The notes under the pieces: generated by a model | What the model was told of the DNA's origin: nothing | The model's input: only the letters and a program-made list of their open reading frames with translations | The model's database searches: none | Part shown: positions 1-11,375 of the stretch, piece after piece | How the letters are laid out: every line of letters begins with the position of its first letter | How positions within the stretch are numbered: position 1 is the first letter of the stretch | Origin: an uncultured Planctomycetota bacterium | GTDB lineage: Bacteria > Planctomycetota > Planctomycetia > Pirellulales > Lacipirellulaceae | Direction of reading: 5' to 3' | Length of the DNA stretch: 64,000 nt | NCBI GenBank assembly: GCA_963719315.1 | Contig: CAVRBU010000002.1 | Location: 1,120,001 to 1,184,000 of the forward strand | Program-made: the position numbers and the translations under genes

Positions 1-130
1 GGTTGCCTCGCAAGGTCGCCCTCATCAGGCGAATGAGGCCAGAAACACATGAGCTGACCGACGTAATTTCGGTCGAGCTCTGATTTGGAAATGATTGGCT
101 GCACCAAAACATCACCGCTATACTTCTAAA

Positions 131-1174
131 ATGCGTAACCGATTTACATTACGAACTCGCAGAGATTTTCTGGCGACGGTTGCCTCAACCTCGGCAAGCT
201 TGGCGGCGCGGCGCATATTGGGCGCAGCGCAATCCGTCGCCACATTCGACAAGGCCCAAATCGCCATCACGCTCGACCTCGAGATGGCTCGCAACTTCCC
301 AAACTGGGAAGACTCGCACTGGGACTACGAGAAGGGCAACCTCAATCTGGCCGCCAAAGAATATGCCAAGAGCGCGTGCCATCGCGTGAAAAAACGCGGT
401 GGCGTGATCCACACCTTCTGCGTCGGCCAGGTCCTCGAACAGCCAAACGTCGACTGGCTCAAAGCAATGGCCGCTGAGGGGCACCCGATCGGCAACCACA
501 CATACGACCACGTCTACCTGCTGGCAAAGAGGCCTGAGGAGATCCAATACAAGTTCAGCCGCGCGCCCTGGCTCATTCGCGATCGCCCTGTCGCCGACGT
601 GCTTCGCGATAATATCCGCCTCACCAGCGTCGCGCTGAAGGAACGAATAGGCGTCGAGGCCAACGGCTTCCGCACCCCCGGCGGTTTCGCCACGGCTCTG
701 CATGGCCGCGAAGATCTGCAAAAAATGCTTCTCGGCCTTGGCTTCAATTGGGTCAGCTGCAAATATCCTGCCCACGCCGGCATGGAAGACCTTGTCGCCA
801 CTCACAAATCGTCGCCGTCCGACGCCGCGTACTTGAACATCGTCGCGGCGCAGCTCGACGCGCAGCCATTCCTCTATAAAACCGGCCTCCTCGATATTCC
901 GATGAGCCCGATCAGCGACATCGGCGCCTTCCGCAACGGGCGCTGGCAACTCGAACACCTGCTGAAAGCCATCCGACTCGCCATGGCCCGGGTCATCGAA
1001 CGCCGAGAAGTCTTCGACTTCCTTTGCCACCCGTCGGTCATCGGCGTCAAAGATCCAAACTTTCAGGCGATCGACTTGATTTGCGATTTGGTCGAACAGT
1101 CGAATGGCCGAGCCGAGATCGTATCACTCGACACGATCGCCAAACGCGCTCGAACCAAGCTTGCGGCAAACTGA
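131..1174 (+). CDS. Polysaccharide deacetylase (NodB/CE4-like) family protein with Tat signal
   Basis: N-terminal TRRDFL twin-arginine motif; ITLDLE, GNHTYDH, GFRTPGG and FLCHP match CE4 motifs. Confidence 0.8.
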   Translation: MRNRFTLRTRRDFLATVASTSASLAARRILGAAQSVATFDKAQIAITLDLEMARNFPNWEDSHWDYEKGNLNLAAKEYAKSACHRVKKRGGVIHTFCVGQVLEQPNVDWLKAMAAEGHPIGNHTYDHVYLLAKRPEEIQYKFSRAPWLIRDRPVADVLRDNIRLTSVALKERIGVEANGFRTPGGFATALHGREDLQKMLLGLGFNWVSCKYPAHAGMEDLVATHKSSPSDAAYLNIVAAQLDAQPFLYKTGLLDIPMSPISDIGAFRNGRWQLEHLLKAIRLAMARVIERREVFDFLCHPSVIGVKDPNFQAIDLICDLVEQSNGRAEIVSLDTIAKRARTKLAAN

Positions 1175-1184
1175 GAGTTTTTTC

Positions 1185-4100
1185 ATGCAACGCTGCCTGC
1201 AAGTAATCCTGTGCCTTCTCTGTTGCACCGCCAGTCATGCTGCGCACTCACAAGGCTTCTCCCCCGCGAAGTCCGAGCGCCGCATGACCGTTGCCAAAGG
1301 TCTGAAGTCTACGCTCTTCGCCAGCGAACCCATGGTCCGCCAATCAACATTCGTAAAATGCGATGATCGTGGCCGGCTCTGGACCATCCAATATCTCCAG
1401 TACCCCAATCCGGCCGGTCTCAAGCGCGTGAAAGTCGATCGCTGGTCGCGCACCGAATATGACCGCGTTCCCGAGCCGCCTCCGCGCGGCCCGCGCGGCG
1501 CCGACCGCATCACAATCCTGGAAGACAAAGATGGCGACGGTCACGCTGACGGCGCCAAAGATTTCGTCGATGGACTCAACATCGCCACCGGTCTCGAGTT
1601 TGGCCACGGCGGTGTCTATGTCCTCAACCCGCCCCACCTGCTCTACTATCCCGACGCCAATCGCGACGATGTCCCCGATCGCGATCCCGAAGTGCTGCTC
1701 ACTGGCTTTGGCATGGAAGATGCCCAGGCGATGTCTAACCATCTCACTTGGGGCCCCGACGGCTGGCTCTACGGCGTGAACGGCAGCACCACCACCTGTC
1801 GCATTCGCGGCCTCGAATTCCAGCAAGGCCTCTGGCGTTACCACCCGATCACTCGCGAATTCGAACTCTTCAGCGAAGGCGGCTCCAACTGCTACGGCGT
1901 CACGTTCGACGCGAACGGCGAAGTCTATTATTCAACCAACGGCGGCCCGTTCGTCAACGCCGTACAAGGCGGCTACTTCTACAAGAGCTTCGGCAAGCAC
2001 GGCCCGCTTCACAACCTGCACGCGTACCACTACTTTCCCGAACTCGAGCGCGATCAGGTCCCCGGCGGCCCGCCGACCGGAGGTACGATTTATCTCGCCG
2101 ACGCGTTTCCGCAACAATTCCGCGGCTCATTCATCGCCGGCAACTTCCTGGGACACGCGGTGTCCTGGTGGACAATCCAACCAACTGGCAGCACCGTCCG
2201 CGCGAAGTACGGCGGTGTGGTCGCAGAAGCCCACGACACCTGGTTCGGCGCTACCGATGTTTGCCTGGCGCCTGACGGCGCGCTCTACGTGAGCGACTTT
2301 TACGACCAGCGCACCGCCCACCCCGATCCCGACGCCAACTGGGACCGCTCAAACGGCCGTATCTACAAGATCACATCCGCCGATGCCAAACCGCCTATGC
2401 ACATCGACGTAGCTGCTCTTTCGAGCAACGAACTCGTCGACCTGCTTTCAAATTCCAATCATTGGCACTCCAACCGCGCCCGCGTCGAGCTAGCCCATCG
2501 CCGCGATCCCCAGATCGTCGATCGCCTCCGCAACATGGCAACGCAAACCGCCGACAATCGGCTGGCGCTTGAAGGACTCTGGGCACTCAACGCGGCCACT
2601 GAAATCGATGACGCCCTTGCAAGGCAACTCCTCAAACACCCCTATCCGTACGTTCGCTATTGGACGGTCCGCCTCGTCGGCGACCGCAAAGCCGCGTCAC
2701 CGAAGTTGGTCGACGATTTCACCACATTGGCTGCCAACGATTCGAGCCCCGTCGTCCGCGCCAATTGGCCGCAACCGCGAAGCGTCTACCGGCCCCGGCA
2801 TGTCTTCAAATCGTCGACGCATTGCTGCGTGCCCACCCCAACGAATCCGACGCGCGCATCCCTTGGCTCATCTGGTGGGCCGTCGAAGCGAAAGCACCAA
2901 CCGACACATCGCGGATCGTTGTCGAGTTTTCCCATCCAGCAGTGTGGTCCAACCCCGCGGCCCGCGACGTCGCCCTGCTCCTCATCCGCCGCTATGCCGC
3001 CGAGGGCACATCCACCGGCTACGATGCGTGCGCAAAGCTGCTCTCCACGGTGCCCGAGCAATACGCCGATTCAGCCCACGAGTATTTGCGCAAAGGCCTC
3101 GCCGAGCGCTCGGTCGGTCTTCAAGGCGTCGGCCAAGGTGGCCTGTATGGCGACCAGGCAGCCGGAGCGGCCGGAGATCCAGCCACCGAGATCCGCCGCT
3201 ACGAACCGCTGACGCGTTCTCTCCAATCATTTATCGCCGCGCTTTGGCAACAACATCCCGATGACCCCGCACTACTTGAACTCGCACTCCGCGCCAATAT
3301 CGACGAAGCCTACCCCACTCTGAAAACGGCCGCGTTCCAGCCCGGTCAAAAACCGGAACTCCGCGCGTCGCTGTTTGCGCTACTCCGCGAATTCGGCCAG
3401 GCCGATCTGGCCCCCAGACTGATCCAGCAGCTCAACGCAAAACAACTCGACTCCGTAAAACTCGCGGTGCTCGATGTGCTGGCAACCCACGAAACCCCGG
3501 CCGTCACCTCCGCGCTCGTCGTCGCCTACCCAATCGCATCCAAAGACGTCCAACACCGCATCCGCGATGTCCTCTTCTCACGCTCCGGCTCCGCGCTCGC
3601 CTTTTTGCAATCGGTCGACGCCGGCAAACTCAAGCGCGAGGACATCCCCGTCGATCAACTTCGCCGTCTCTCGCTTCACAAGGACGAACAAATCAACACT
3701 CTCGTCCACAAGCACTGGGGCAACATCGGCCCCGGCTCCAGCGAAGAAAAGCTGGCCACAATGCGCCGCTTCAACAACGACCTGCGGGCCGGCACAGGCA
3801 ACCCGGCCGCCGGCAAACTGATTTTCGAAAAAACCTGCGCGGTTTGCCATCTACTTTTTGGCCGCGGCAACCACATCGGCCCCGACCTCACAATCGCCAA
3901 CCGCGCCGATCTTGCCGCCGTCCTCGGCAACATCGTCGACCCCAACGCCGTCATTCGCCGCGAGTTCATGAACTATGTCGTCACCACCACCACCGGCCGT
4001 ATCCTCACCGGCGTCATTGCCGAACAGGACGCTGCCTTTGTCACCATCGTCGATGCCAACAACCAGCGCACGAAAATATCACGAAACGAAATCGACGATC

Positions 4101-4207
4101 TCCACGAATCAGATGTCTCGTTGATGCCCGAACGGCTCTTGGAAAAGCTCACGACACAAGAACTCCGCGACTTGTTCGCCTACCTGCAATCTCCAAAGCC
4201 ACAGTAG
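1185..4207 (+). CDS. PVC-type heme-binding CxxCH protein (dehydrogenase-like beta-propeller, HEAT-like repeats, cytochrome c); apparent 1-bp frameshift near 2761
   Basis: ORF 1104-3212 gives the propeller (LFASEP, DDRGRLW, WGPDGWLY, GRIYKI); ORF 2660-4207 gives CAVCH and SLMPE; one extra C at GCC[C]AATTG restores VRAQLAATAKRL. Confidence 0.8.
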
Positions 4208-4210
4208 TTG

Positions 4211-6027
4211 ATGCGAATCCCCGACCATCACCGGATGAATTGCTGGCCGCGGCTCGCGACTGCTGCCTTCGCCACATACCTCGCAGCGGTCGGTTCCCCC
4301 ATTTGCGCAGAGCCAACGCACGAGTGTGGCCATCCCCGTCTCTATTTCACCGCCGATGACTTACCACATCTTCGCAAACTGAAAGAATCGGGAGAACACG
4401 CGAAGATCTGGGGCAACATGATTCAGTCCGCTGATTGGTGCGCGCAGCAGACGCCGCGGACCGAATGGATTCCGACGGCCGACAAAGATCCGCAGTTCGA
4501 AAATCTGTACGACCGCTTCTACGCCGCCATGCACGATTCCGCGATCGTCGAACATTTGGCGATGGCATCGGCCCTCTCCGACCCGAAGGACGACCGTTTT
4601 TCGAAGGCTGCCCGCAACTGGCTCCTCGCAACAGCCAGGGTCTGGAAAAACGAATCCCACAACACGCCCGACGCGAGCAAAGCGTACGCCGTGCTCCGAG
4701 TCGTGAAAGCGCTCGCCGTTGGCTACAACGTCCTCTTCGATCGTCTCACGGACTCGGAGCGTCAGGAAATACGCAACACCATCACCGCGATCTGCGAGCC
4801 TTACTATGCGTTTTTCCAAATCCCGTCGACCGCCGGCGCCGGCTACAACAAGCATCACGGCAGCGTCGACGCGGCCCCCTTCGGTGTCGCAGCGCTTGCA
4901 GTTCTCGGCGAAGTTAACCAAGCGCAAGCTTGGCTCGACCTCGCGATCAAGAAGCATGCCGACTACCTTTTGCCTCATGCACTCACACCCAGCGGCACCA
5001 ACGACCAATCGTCCAACTTCTGGGCGTCGACGATGCAGTACCGCATCTTCTTCTGCGACCCGCTGAAGCGCGTCACCGGCCGGGACCTGTTTGCCGAGTT
5101 CCCCGCGCCTTACCCGGCCGCGTCGCACTAGCCGCCATCGCCGACGGCCAGCCGGCGTCGCTCGAATTCAACGAAAACAACCGCTCGGTCCTGTTCGGCC
5201 CCTCGTACGGACAAATCAATTACTGGTCGCCAGTGCTCGTCTATCTGGCTCGCCACGATCGCCGCCCCATCTATCAGTATCTCGCCAAGTGGGACGAATC
5301 GCTCGGCTCGATCCAGCACACGCGTTACATCACGCCGCACCGCAAAGAAGAACTTCTGTTCTGCCTCGGCCCCTACGCCTATCTCTGGTGTGATAAAAAC
5401 ATCACGCCTACGATTGAACCCAACCTGCCTTTGTCCTTTGAATTTCCGGAGCCCGAAGTCAATGAGGCTTACATCCGCTCCTCATACGATCGCGGCGGCA
5501 TTGTCGCCGCTATGCGTAAGGGCGGCCTTATCGTCAACGCCGGCGGCCAGCGCGTCCTCGTCGATCAACTCGGGGTCGACGATACGAGCAAACCAACCGC
5601 AGCCGTTGAGGAAACGCTCCTCGCCGACGACGGCCGCCACGCCACGATTCGCTGCGTCGGCCCAAAACTGGCCGGCATCGGCGAACAACTGGTCGACCTC
5701 GACCGACCATTGAAGCTTTCCATTTCCAGAGCGACCGACAAGCCATTAACTTGGTGGTACGCCGGCAATCCGGAGCAACATGGCAACTCGCTCACTTGGT
5801 CGGGCGGCACGCAACTAAAAATCACGCAGGGGAAGATCACCAAGATCGATCCGCAAGGATTCGTCGAATCGAAACGCCATTTCGGCGGAATGGAATTCGC
5901 CGATCCGCATCCGTTTACGTATCCAACCATGACCGTCGCGCCCGAAAACGGTCGGATTGCATTGGAAGTAACCACGCCCGTTGGCAAATCCGCGTCGAAT
6001 CGACTGACTTCATCCAATTCGGAGTGA
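4211..6027 (+). CDS. Secreted heparinase II/III-like (DUF4962-type) lyase-fold protein; apparent 1-bp frameshift near 5101-5104
   Basis: Signal peptide, HPRLYFT start typical of these alpha/alpha toroid proteins; one extra C in TTCCCC restores EFPRALPGRVAL and joins ORFs 4208-5131 and 4930-6027. Confidence 0.55.
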
Positions 6028-6031
6028 AATC

Positions 6032-7138
6032 ATGCTCCTGTCACAAATTTCATTTAACACACGCTGCCGAACATTTCTCGTGTCTGGCATCGCCGTTTTG
6101 TCGTTCGCTACTGTAACACTTGCTGTAGACAAAGGCACTCGCACCTACGAAAACAATCTCACCCCGATCAAATATCCCAAACCGTTACTTGGCGACTATC
6201 CGGAATTTATCCAGCCCGTCGTCGAATCGCAACGCTTCGAAGCGCCGATGTTGGTCGACGATGAGAATGCCGACCTCGACGTTCGCGCCTGGCGCTATTC
6301 ATACAATGCCCGCGGTATCATCGAAATGCCCAATAAGCTGGCAGCCAAACACACGGCTGTCATTATGGTCCATCCCTGGGGCATCGACGACAGTTGGGGC
6401 TGGCGTTCGCCCGAGCCGGCCGGTGTCTCCGATATGTGTACGCCGGAAAAGAATCGGCTCTCGGCACGCCACACCGAGCAAGTAATCGAGCCACTACTGA
6501 AGCGTCTCCGCGATCGAGTCGGACTCGTGGTCTACAGCCTGCCGCGAAACGAGCAGCCCGTTCATGCCAAGTTGTATCGCTCGATTCGCAAAACCCCGAC
6601 CGAAGCCGAGCGCGCCGAAGGCCGCCGCGAAATGAAACAAATCCTGGCCAACTATCCGTACCAGGGACAGCCTCTACCCGAGACGCTCAAGCTATCGCGC
6701 AGCTCAACCGTGAAAGACTACTTCCAACAATTCCCCGGCCTTGATGCCAGCGATGAATACGAAGGCAAAGGATTTTGGGAACTCCCAATCCCGATCGTCG
6801 ACGTAATCTCAGTCGCTCCAACCGATGTCGTAATCTATGACGCCGAAGGCTATCCGCCGCTTCGCGACTTCCTCAAGAAAAACGGGATCGAACATGTCCT
6901 GTTGATTGGCTATGCCACCGACATGTGCTTCTGCAAAACCACCGCCGGCTATGAAAACCTCTCCAAGGACTTCAATGTCTTCCTGGTCGGCGATGCCACG
7001 CTCGCCACTTTCCCAGCCAACAACACTCCCAAATACGCAACCAACGCCCATATCTCCTTCGCCGCGCTCAACCACCTCATCACGCAAACCAGCTGGATTC
7101 AACTTCGCAAGGACGCAAGAACGGCGATTGCCAAATAG
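6032..7138 (+). CDS. Secreted isochorismatase/cysteine-hydrolase-fold protein
   Basis: Signal peptide; LKKNGIEHVLLIGYATDMC and FLVGDAT match the isochorismatase C-terminal motifs. Confidence 0.6.
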   Translation: MLLSQISFNTRCRTFLVSGIAVLSFATVTLAVDKGTRTYENNLTPIKYPKPLLGDYPEFIQPVVESQRFEAPMLVDDENADLDVRAWRYSYNARGIIEMPNKLAAKHTAVIMVHPWGIDDSWGWRSPEPAGVSDMCTPEKNRLSARHTEQVIEPLLKRLRDRVGLVVYSLPRNEQPVHAKLYRSIRKTPTEAERAEGRREMKQILANYPYQGQPLPETLKLSRSSTVKDYFQQFPGLDASDEYEGKGFWELPIPIVDVISVAPTDVVIYDAEGYPPLRDFLKKNGIEHVLLIGYATDMCFCKTTAGYENLSKDFNVFLVGDATLATFPANNTPKYATNAHISFAALNHLITQTSWIQLRKDARTAIAK

Positions 7139-7139
7139 C

Positions 7140-8408
7140 CTAGAGTTGCGACCCCAACCCAGCCGGCACTTTGCGCGGCAGGCGATGAACGCCTCCACGC
7201 GGTTCGAACAATTCCGGTAGCCGTTCCGCGAACTCCCGATTGGCTCCTGGGGTAAACTGTGGCGAATTTAATTCCGCGCCGTTGATTGTTGGCAAATAAG
7301 CGCCCACCAGGGCCGCGTGAATGAGTGAAATTCCCGGGTTCGACAAATCCTGCAGAGAAATTGCCATCCCGTGTCGCTGTGCCCACGCGGCGCAAACCAG
7401 GAGCATGCTGTGCCCTTTGCACGTCTTCAGCGCAAGCCCACCGTAACCTTGGCGACTCGCTTCGGCCAATACATCCAAATCGGTCAGACCTTCATCAATC
7501 ATAACGGGTACATACCTGGCAACTGGCCGCCAATCAACCGGATGCCCTCGAATGTCGCGGCTTGTCGGTTGCTCCAAATACATCAGGGCGCTGAATGCGC
7601 CCGGTTCCGTTGCCTTCAATTGCTCCAGATAGTCGACAACGCTTTCAACCGACGGGTTGGCCTCGTTTGTGTCGACGGTAAAGCGGACCTCGGATGCACC
7701 GTGCACCTTCGCAGCGCGGTAGAACTCGATCGTTCGCGTAACATCAAGTTTATTGTCGCGGCCCGTAAGCTTGAGTTTGAAACACTGGTACCCGTGCCGC
7801 CGAATCGCAGGGACAAGCGTTGTGTCGAGCGCCTCTTCGGCACCGACAACGTACCAAGCCGGCAATTCGAGACGCGCCGGTCGAATGACGTCACGTATTG
7901 CCGCGAAGGCTCGACCTTCCGCGAAGTATGCGTCAGCCGTCGGTGACGGGATTGTGTCGTCATATAGCTCAAATGCCGACCGACCAATCGCCTGTCCCGC
8001 CGCGTCGTGGATCGCGGCGTCGAACGGGCTGGCACACATGGCGCATGCAAGCGCGGGCGGATCTAGCGCAATCGCCAGTTCGCGACAAGCCAACTGATGA
8101 AGTCGCAGGCCATGCTCGAGCGGGTGAAGTTTCGCGTTGCGAACGCATTTCGGAAACTCCACTGCCAGACATTCACAAAGCTGCCGAAGCGCCGCGTCTC
8201 GCTGTTCGTGCGTCAGCGAGGCGTCGGGCCACGCCCATAGGTCGCTCAGATAGATAGTGCCGCGGCCCGTAGCATGTCGACCGTTCGCATCACCGACTAT
8301 TGAAACCGTCGCCTGCGTTAGCTCTTCGATTACTCTGCGGCTCAACTTTAACGGTGCCGCAAGTCGCTGCGACCGAAATGATACGTCAGCTTGCAGAATT
8401 TGGAACAT
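7140..8408 (-). CDS. Mandelate racemase/muconate lactonizing (enolase superfamily) protein
   Basis: FKLK, VDTNE, LEQP, IDEG and LKTCK motifs in the canonical order. Confidence 0.8.
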   Translation of the reverse strand: MFQILQADVSFRSQRLAAPLKLSRRVIEELTQATVSIVGDANGRHATGRGTIYLSDLWAWPDASLTHEQRDAALRQLCECLAVEFPKCVRNAKLHPLEHGLRLHQLACRELAIALDPPALACAMCASPFDAAIHDAAGQAIGRSAFELYDDTIPSPTADAYFAEGRAFAAIRDVIRPARLELPAWYVVGAEEALDTTLVPAIRRHGYQCFKLKLTGRDNKLDVTRTIEFYRAAKVHGASEVRFTVDTNEANPSVESVVDYLEQLKATEPGAFSALMYLEQPTSRDIRGHPVDWRPVARYVPVMIDEGLTDLDVLAEASRQGYGGLALKTCKGHSMLLVCAAWAQRHGMAISLQDLSNPGISLIHAALVGAYLPTINGAELNSPQFTPGANREFAERLPELFEPRGGVHRLPRKVPAGLGSQL

Positions 8409-8871
8409 TGATCAAAGATTTTGCGACCGCCGGCCTTGGCAAGTGATCGGTTTCCGACGACGCACGCAATTGTAGCAGCTTCGAAGCGCGACTAGCAGGC
8501 TGGCACAACATAGTTCGTCCTTTGTCCAGCGTTGGGACCCAGATCTCGCTGGAGAGGTCGAAGCGGTACACCGTGTAGCGGTGAGAGGACTTGGCGTACT
8601 TGGCCAGTGCCGGGTAGTCGGCCTTGAGTTGCGTGGCGCCGATGGTAAATGGCCTGGCTAAGCCAAGTCTGGCGATAATTCCGACGTACTTGGTCACCGT
8701 GCGGCGGCTGAGATTGCACTCCTCGGCGATCGTGGTCTGTGATGGGCAGGCGGTAAGAGAATCCCAGTCGCGATGCGCCCAGACGCACTGCAGGATCGCC
8801 TTGAGCGTCGGGTAATACGGAGAGGTATTGAAGTTATAGAGTGCTCTCCACTCTTCGAATTCGTTGGCCAT
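8386..8871 (-). CDS. Winged HTH protein resembling the N-terminus of phage/plasmid replication initiators; probably C-terminally truncated
   Basis: CPSQTTIAEECNLSRRTVTKYVGIIARLGL is an HTH_36-like motif; the tail runs into and overlaps the next gene start. Confidence 0.55.
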   Translation of the reverse strand: MANEFEEWRALYNFNTSPYYPTLKAILQCVWAHRDWDSLTACPSQTTIAEECNLSRRTVTKYVGIIARLGLARPFTIGATQLKADYPALAKYAKSSHRYTVYRFDLSSEIWVPTLDKGRTMLCQPASRASKLLQLRASSETDHLPRPAVAKSLINVPNSAS

Positions 8872-8900
8872 CGCTTGATCGACCTTTCGGAATAAACATT

Positions 8901-8938
8901 GAGCCGGCTAGGTCAAGCGATGAAACCCTAGCCGGCTC
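8901..8938. promoter_or_regulatory. 12-bp perfect inverted repeat in the leader of the HTH/rep-like gene
   Basis: GAGCCGGCTAGG-N14-CCTAGCCGGCTC about 30 bp upstream of ATG 8871. Confidence 0.45.
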
Positions 8939-9111
8939 TTGGTTCTGGTCGGTGGCGGACATCGCTGCAATCAGGGTGGTCGCATGGCGTGTATTTTCCA
9001 GAACCCGCCACGCTTCCAAATTAGATTTGACGCCGCCCCTATTAAGCACTCGGCGATCGAGCGAATCCCGTCGTGATGGGGTTTATGTCGGCGAAACGCT
9101 CGCCGCACTCA

Positions 9112-9600
9112 TTACTGTCCACGCAGCAGATACTTCTCTACATATTGGTTGTCGGCTCGCTCTAAAACCACTTCGGCGGTCATGGTGTAATAGCAGCCAT
9201 CGCTGGCTTGAAAGACTATGCGGCTGATGGTGTCAACGATGCCCGAGTTATGGAGATCGCCGGCTGCGGCTCGCAAAAGCTCATCTGCCGAGACGCCTGC
9301 TTCAATGTCCGGGTAATTCGCTGCCCCTGCGATCCAGCGCCGGATCGTAAGAGGCTCGGTTTGACCACCTGTCGGCGCATTGAACGTCTCGACCCACGCG
9401 GCGAAATCCTCTTCGGTCAGTTGGTCCGTTTCGATAGCTAATCGACGCAGTCGGATCGGATCCAAGGCAACTACCGAAGTGGCGATTGGCCGGAGGTGGT
9501 CGACGATTTGTGCGGCGCCGTCCGCGTCGTCTGCCAAGACGAAGTCGAGGAATACCTCCTGGTGCTCAACGTCGATCGCAATAACTCAGAAGCTTGGCAT
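9112..9600 (-). pseudogene. Hypothetical protein with in-frame TGA at codon 5
   Basis: ATG at 9600 reads MPSF*VIAIDVEHQEVFLDFVLADDAD..., in frame with ORF 9112-9537; TGA at 9586-9588. Confidence 0.5.
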
Positions 9601-9646
9601 AATGGTTCTCGCAGCGGATTTGGTGCTAACTACGCCTCACAGCCCG

Positions 9647-10003
9647 TCAGCTTTTTGTCCACTTCCGCTTTCGTCGAGTGGCCCGATTGATGCAGGCGAC
9701 CAGCAACCGCGATGCCGGCACGCCGGTCGTGCCGCTGGCCGACTTGAGCGATCTGAGAAGTTCGTCGCTCAGGGGAAGGCGAGCGGGGCGGTCTTGCCCG
9801 GATGTCGAGGCCGGCAGTCCGACCTTTTCCAAATCCGTGGCAATTTTTGGCAATTCGTGACCGATCGCCTGCGAGAGGAACTCGGCGACGGTCAGGCCGA
9901 ACTGCTTTCGCTTGGCGCCCATGTCCCTCCGAATCTGGGGAGGCAGGCGGTAAGTACGGTAAACGGTTTGAAGGGTTCGGACATTTGATCGTTTGGCGGC
10001 CAT
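9647..10003 (-). CDS. Tandem ribbon-helix-helix DNA-binding protein (118 aa)
   Basis: Two RHH-like units: RTYRLPPQIRRDMGAKRKQFGLTVAEFLSQAI and PARLPLSDELLRSLKSASGTTGVPASRLLVACI. Confidence 0.55.
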   Translation of the reverse strand: MAAKRSNVRTLQTVYRTYRLPPQIRRDMGAKRKQFGLTVAEFLSQAIGHELPKIATDLEKVGLPASTSGQDRPARLPLSDELLRSLKSASGTTGVPASRLLVACINRATRRKRKWTKS

Positions 10004-10455
10004 GGAAAACATCCAGCGTGGAAGGAAATAGTCCACGTTCGATGTTAGCACCCCAAAAAACGCCTCAATAGATTCGGACAAGAAACCCAACGCACTCGAC
10101 GTTTCTCCGAACACGGTGCGAGTGGAGGGAGTGGCTGGAAAGATCAACGGGTATCGACCGAGCCCGTTCCCCAAGCAATTCAGATTCAGTCGACTCTCGA
10201 ATTGGTGTTGTGTCGGCGTTTTCTTCTTGCCGCGAGACGGCTTCTTATCAATGAATGGGCCGAGAACCGCTCAACATGTTCTTGCAGTGCGGAAAACCTA
10301 TTCCCGACCCCGGGAATGGCAAGCGGTCGCGAATGCCCACGGTGACAACACCGGTGCCGTCACGGCGGTTTAAGTTTCGTTACCCGAGGTCTATGAATAA
10401 AGGTCCATTTTATGTCGGCGCTTCACGGACTACTTTCTCTTTCATGATAATCTCC

Positions 10456-10487
10456 AGACATTTGGGACATTGCGGACATTTGTCCGC
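10456..10487. repeat. Three 9-bp direct repeats with terminal palindrome (iteron-like)
   Basis: AGACATTTG GGACATTGC GGACATTTG TCCGC; includes GCGGACA-TT-TGTCCGC. Confidence 0.55.
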
Positions 10488-10949
10488 GTTGCCCGTTCGA
10501 TTTCGCCGGAACCCACGGCGGTGAGCCGCCGCTTCGCCAGACGATCGAATTATTCGACGCCCCGGCAAGCCGATGTCTGTGTCTGTCCGAGTGTGTCTCA
10601 AGTCGTCGCAAGCGGTCCCAACAACTGGACATAAAAGAAAATGGGAGCGTGGTCGATGATGAAATTGCTGCAACAAAAACTCGCTGCGGGCTTGTACGCC
10701 GTGGGCAAATTGTTACACTCAAAGTCGCAGCTCACCCTACCGAGCCCAACGTCGCGATTAAAAAAGCGACATTTGATGGCCGACTTGCGAGTTGCACAGA
10801 TTGCTGGTCGCTGTGACCGGCAACAAACTGTGCTCCCGTTACGGCCTTTCTCGCTGGTTTCTCAGCAGCCCGTCCCGGCAGCCTTACCAATGACATCGTG
10901 GCTTTACGATGCGCCAGTCCCATCCAGCACCACCCAACGTAGGGGAGGC

Positions 10950-11160
10950 CACGCACCATTTCCACCAAATGGTGCGTCTGTCGACGACCGCTCCATTTTT
11001 CCGCGATGGCCACGAACGCAACTCGCGCACCAAATGTTCGCGATGGCGACGGACGAATGTCGCGCACCAAATGTTCGCGATGGTGACGGACGAATGTCGC
11101 GCACCAAATAGTCGCGATGGTGACGGACGAATGCTGCGCACCAAATAGTCGCGATGGTGG
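10950..11160. repeat. Tandem array of 37-bp units carrying CACCA-N11-TGGTG dyads
   Basis: Units start at 10950, 10987, 11024, 11061, 11098, 11135; consensus CGCGCACCAAATRKTCGCGATGGTGACGGACGAATGT; first two units degenerate, last partial. Confidence 0.9.
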
Positions 11161-11375
11161 GAAACGTCGAGCCCCATCGATTTGGCGTCAGCGGCTGGAG
11201 AGTCAGTGGCTTTTTCCCGTGGCAGCCGTCGCTCGGGGACGTGTGCAAGCTTAAACGGTCAGAATACTCGAACTAGCCACCGTCTGGTCGCGAACGGCAG
11301 GGCCCCAGATTGCACGAGGCTGACTGTTACCAAGCGCCTTACACGCACGCGCGTGTGGGCGCGTTATTTATGTAT

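Noticed and set aside
10410..10676. Zinc-finger ORF containing CPQCPKC
   Set aside because: The Cys pattern is simply the translation of the 9-bp DNA repeats; the rest of the ORF is unconvincing
10950..11160. CRISPR array (37-bp units)
   Set aside because: Units are contiguous with no unique spacers and no cas genes are present
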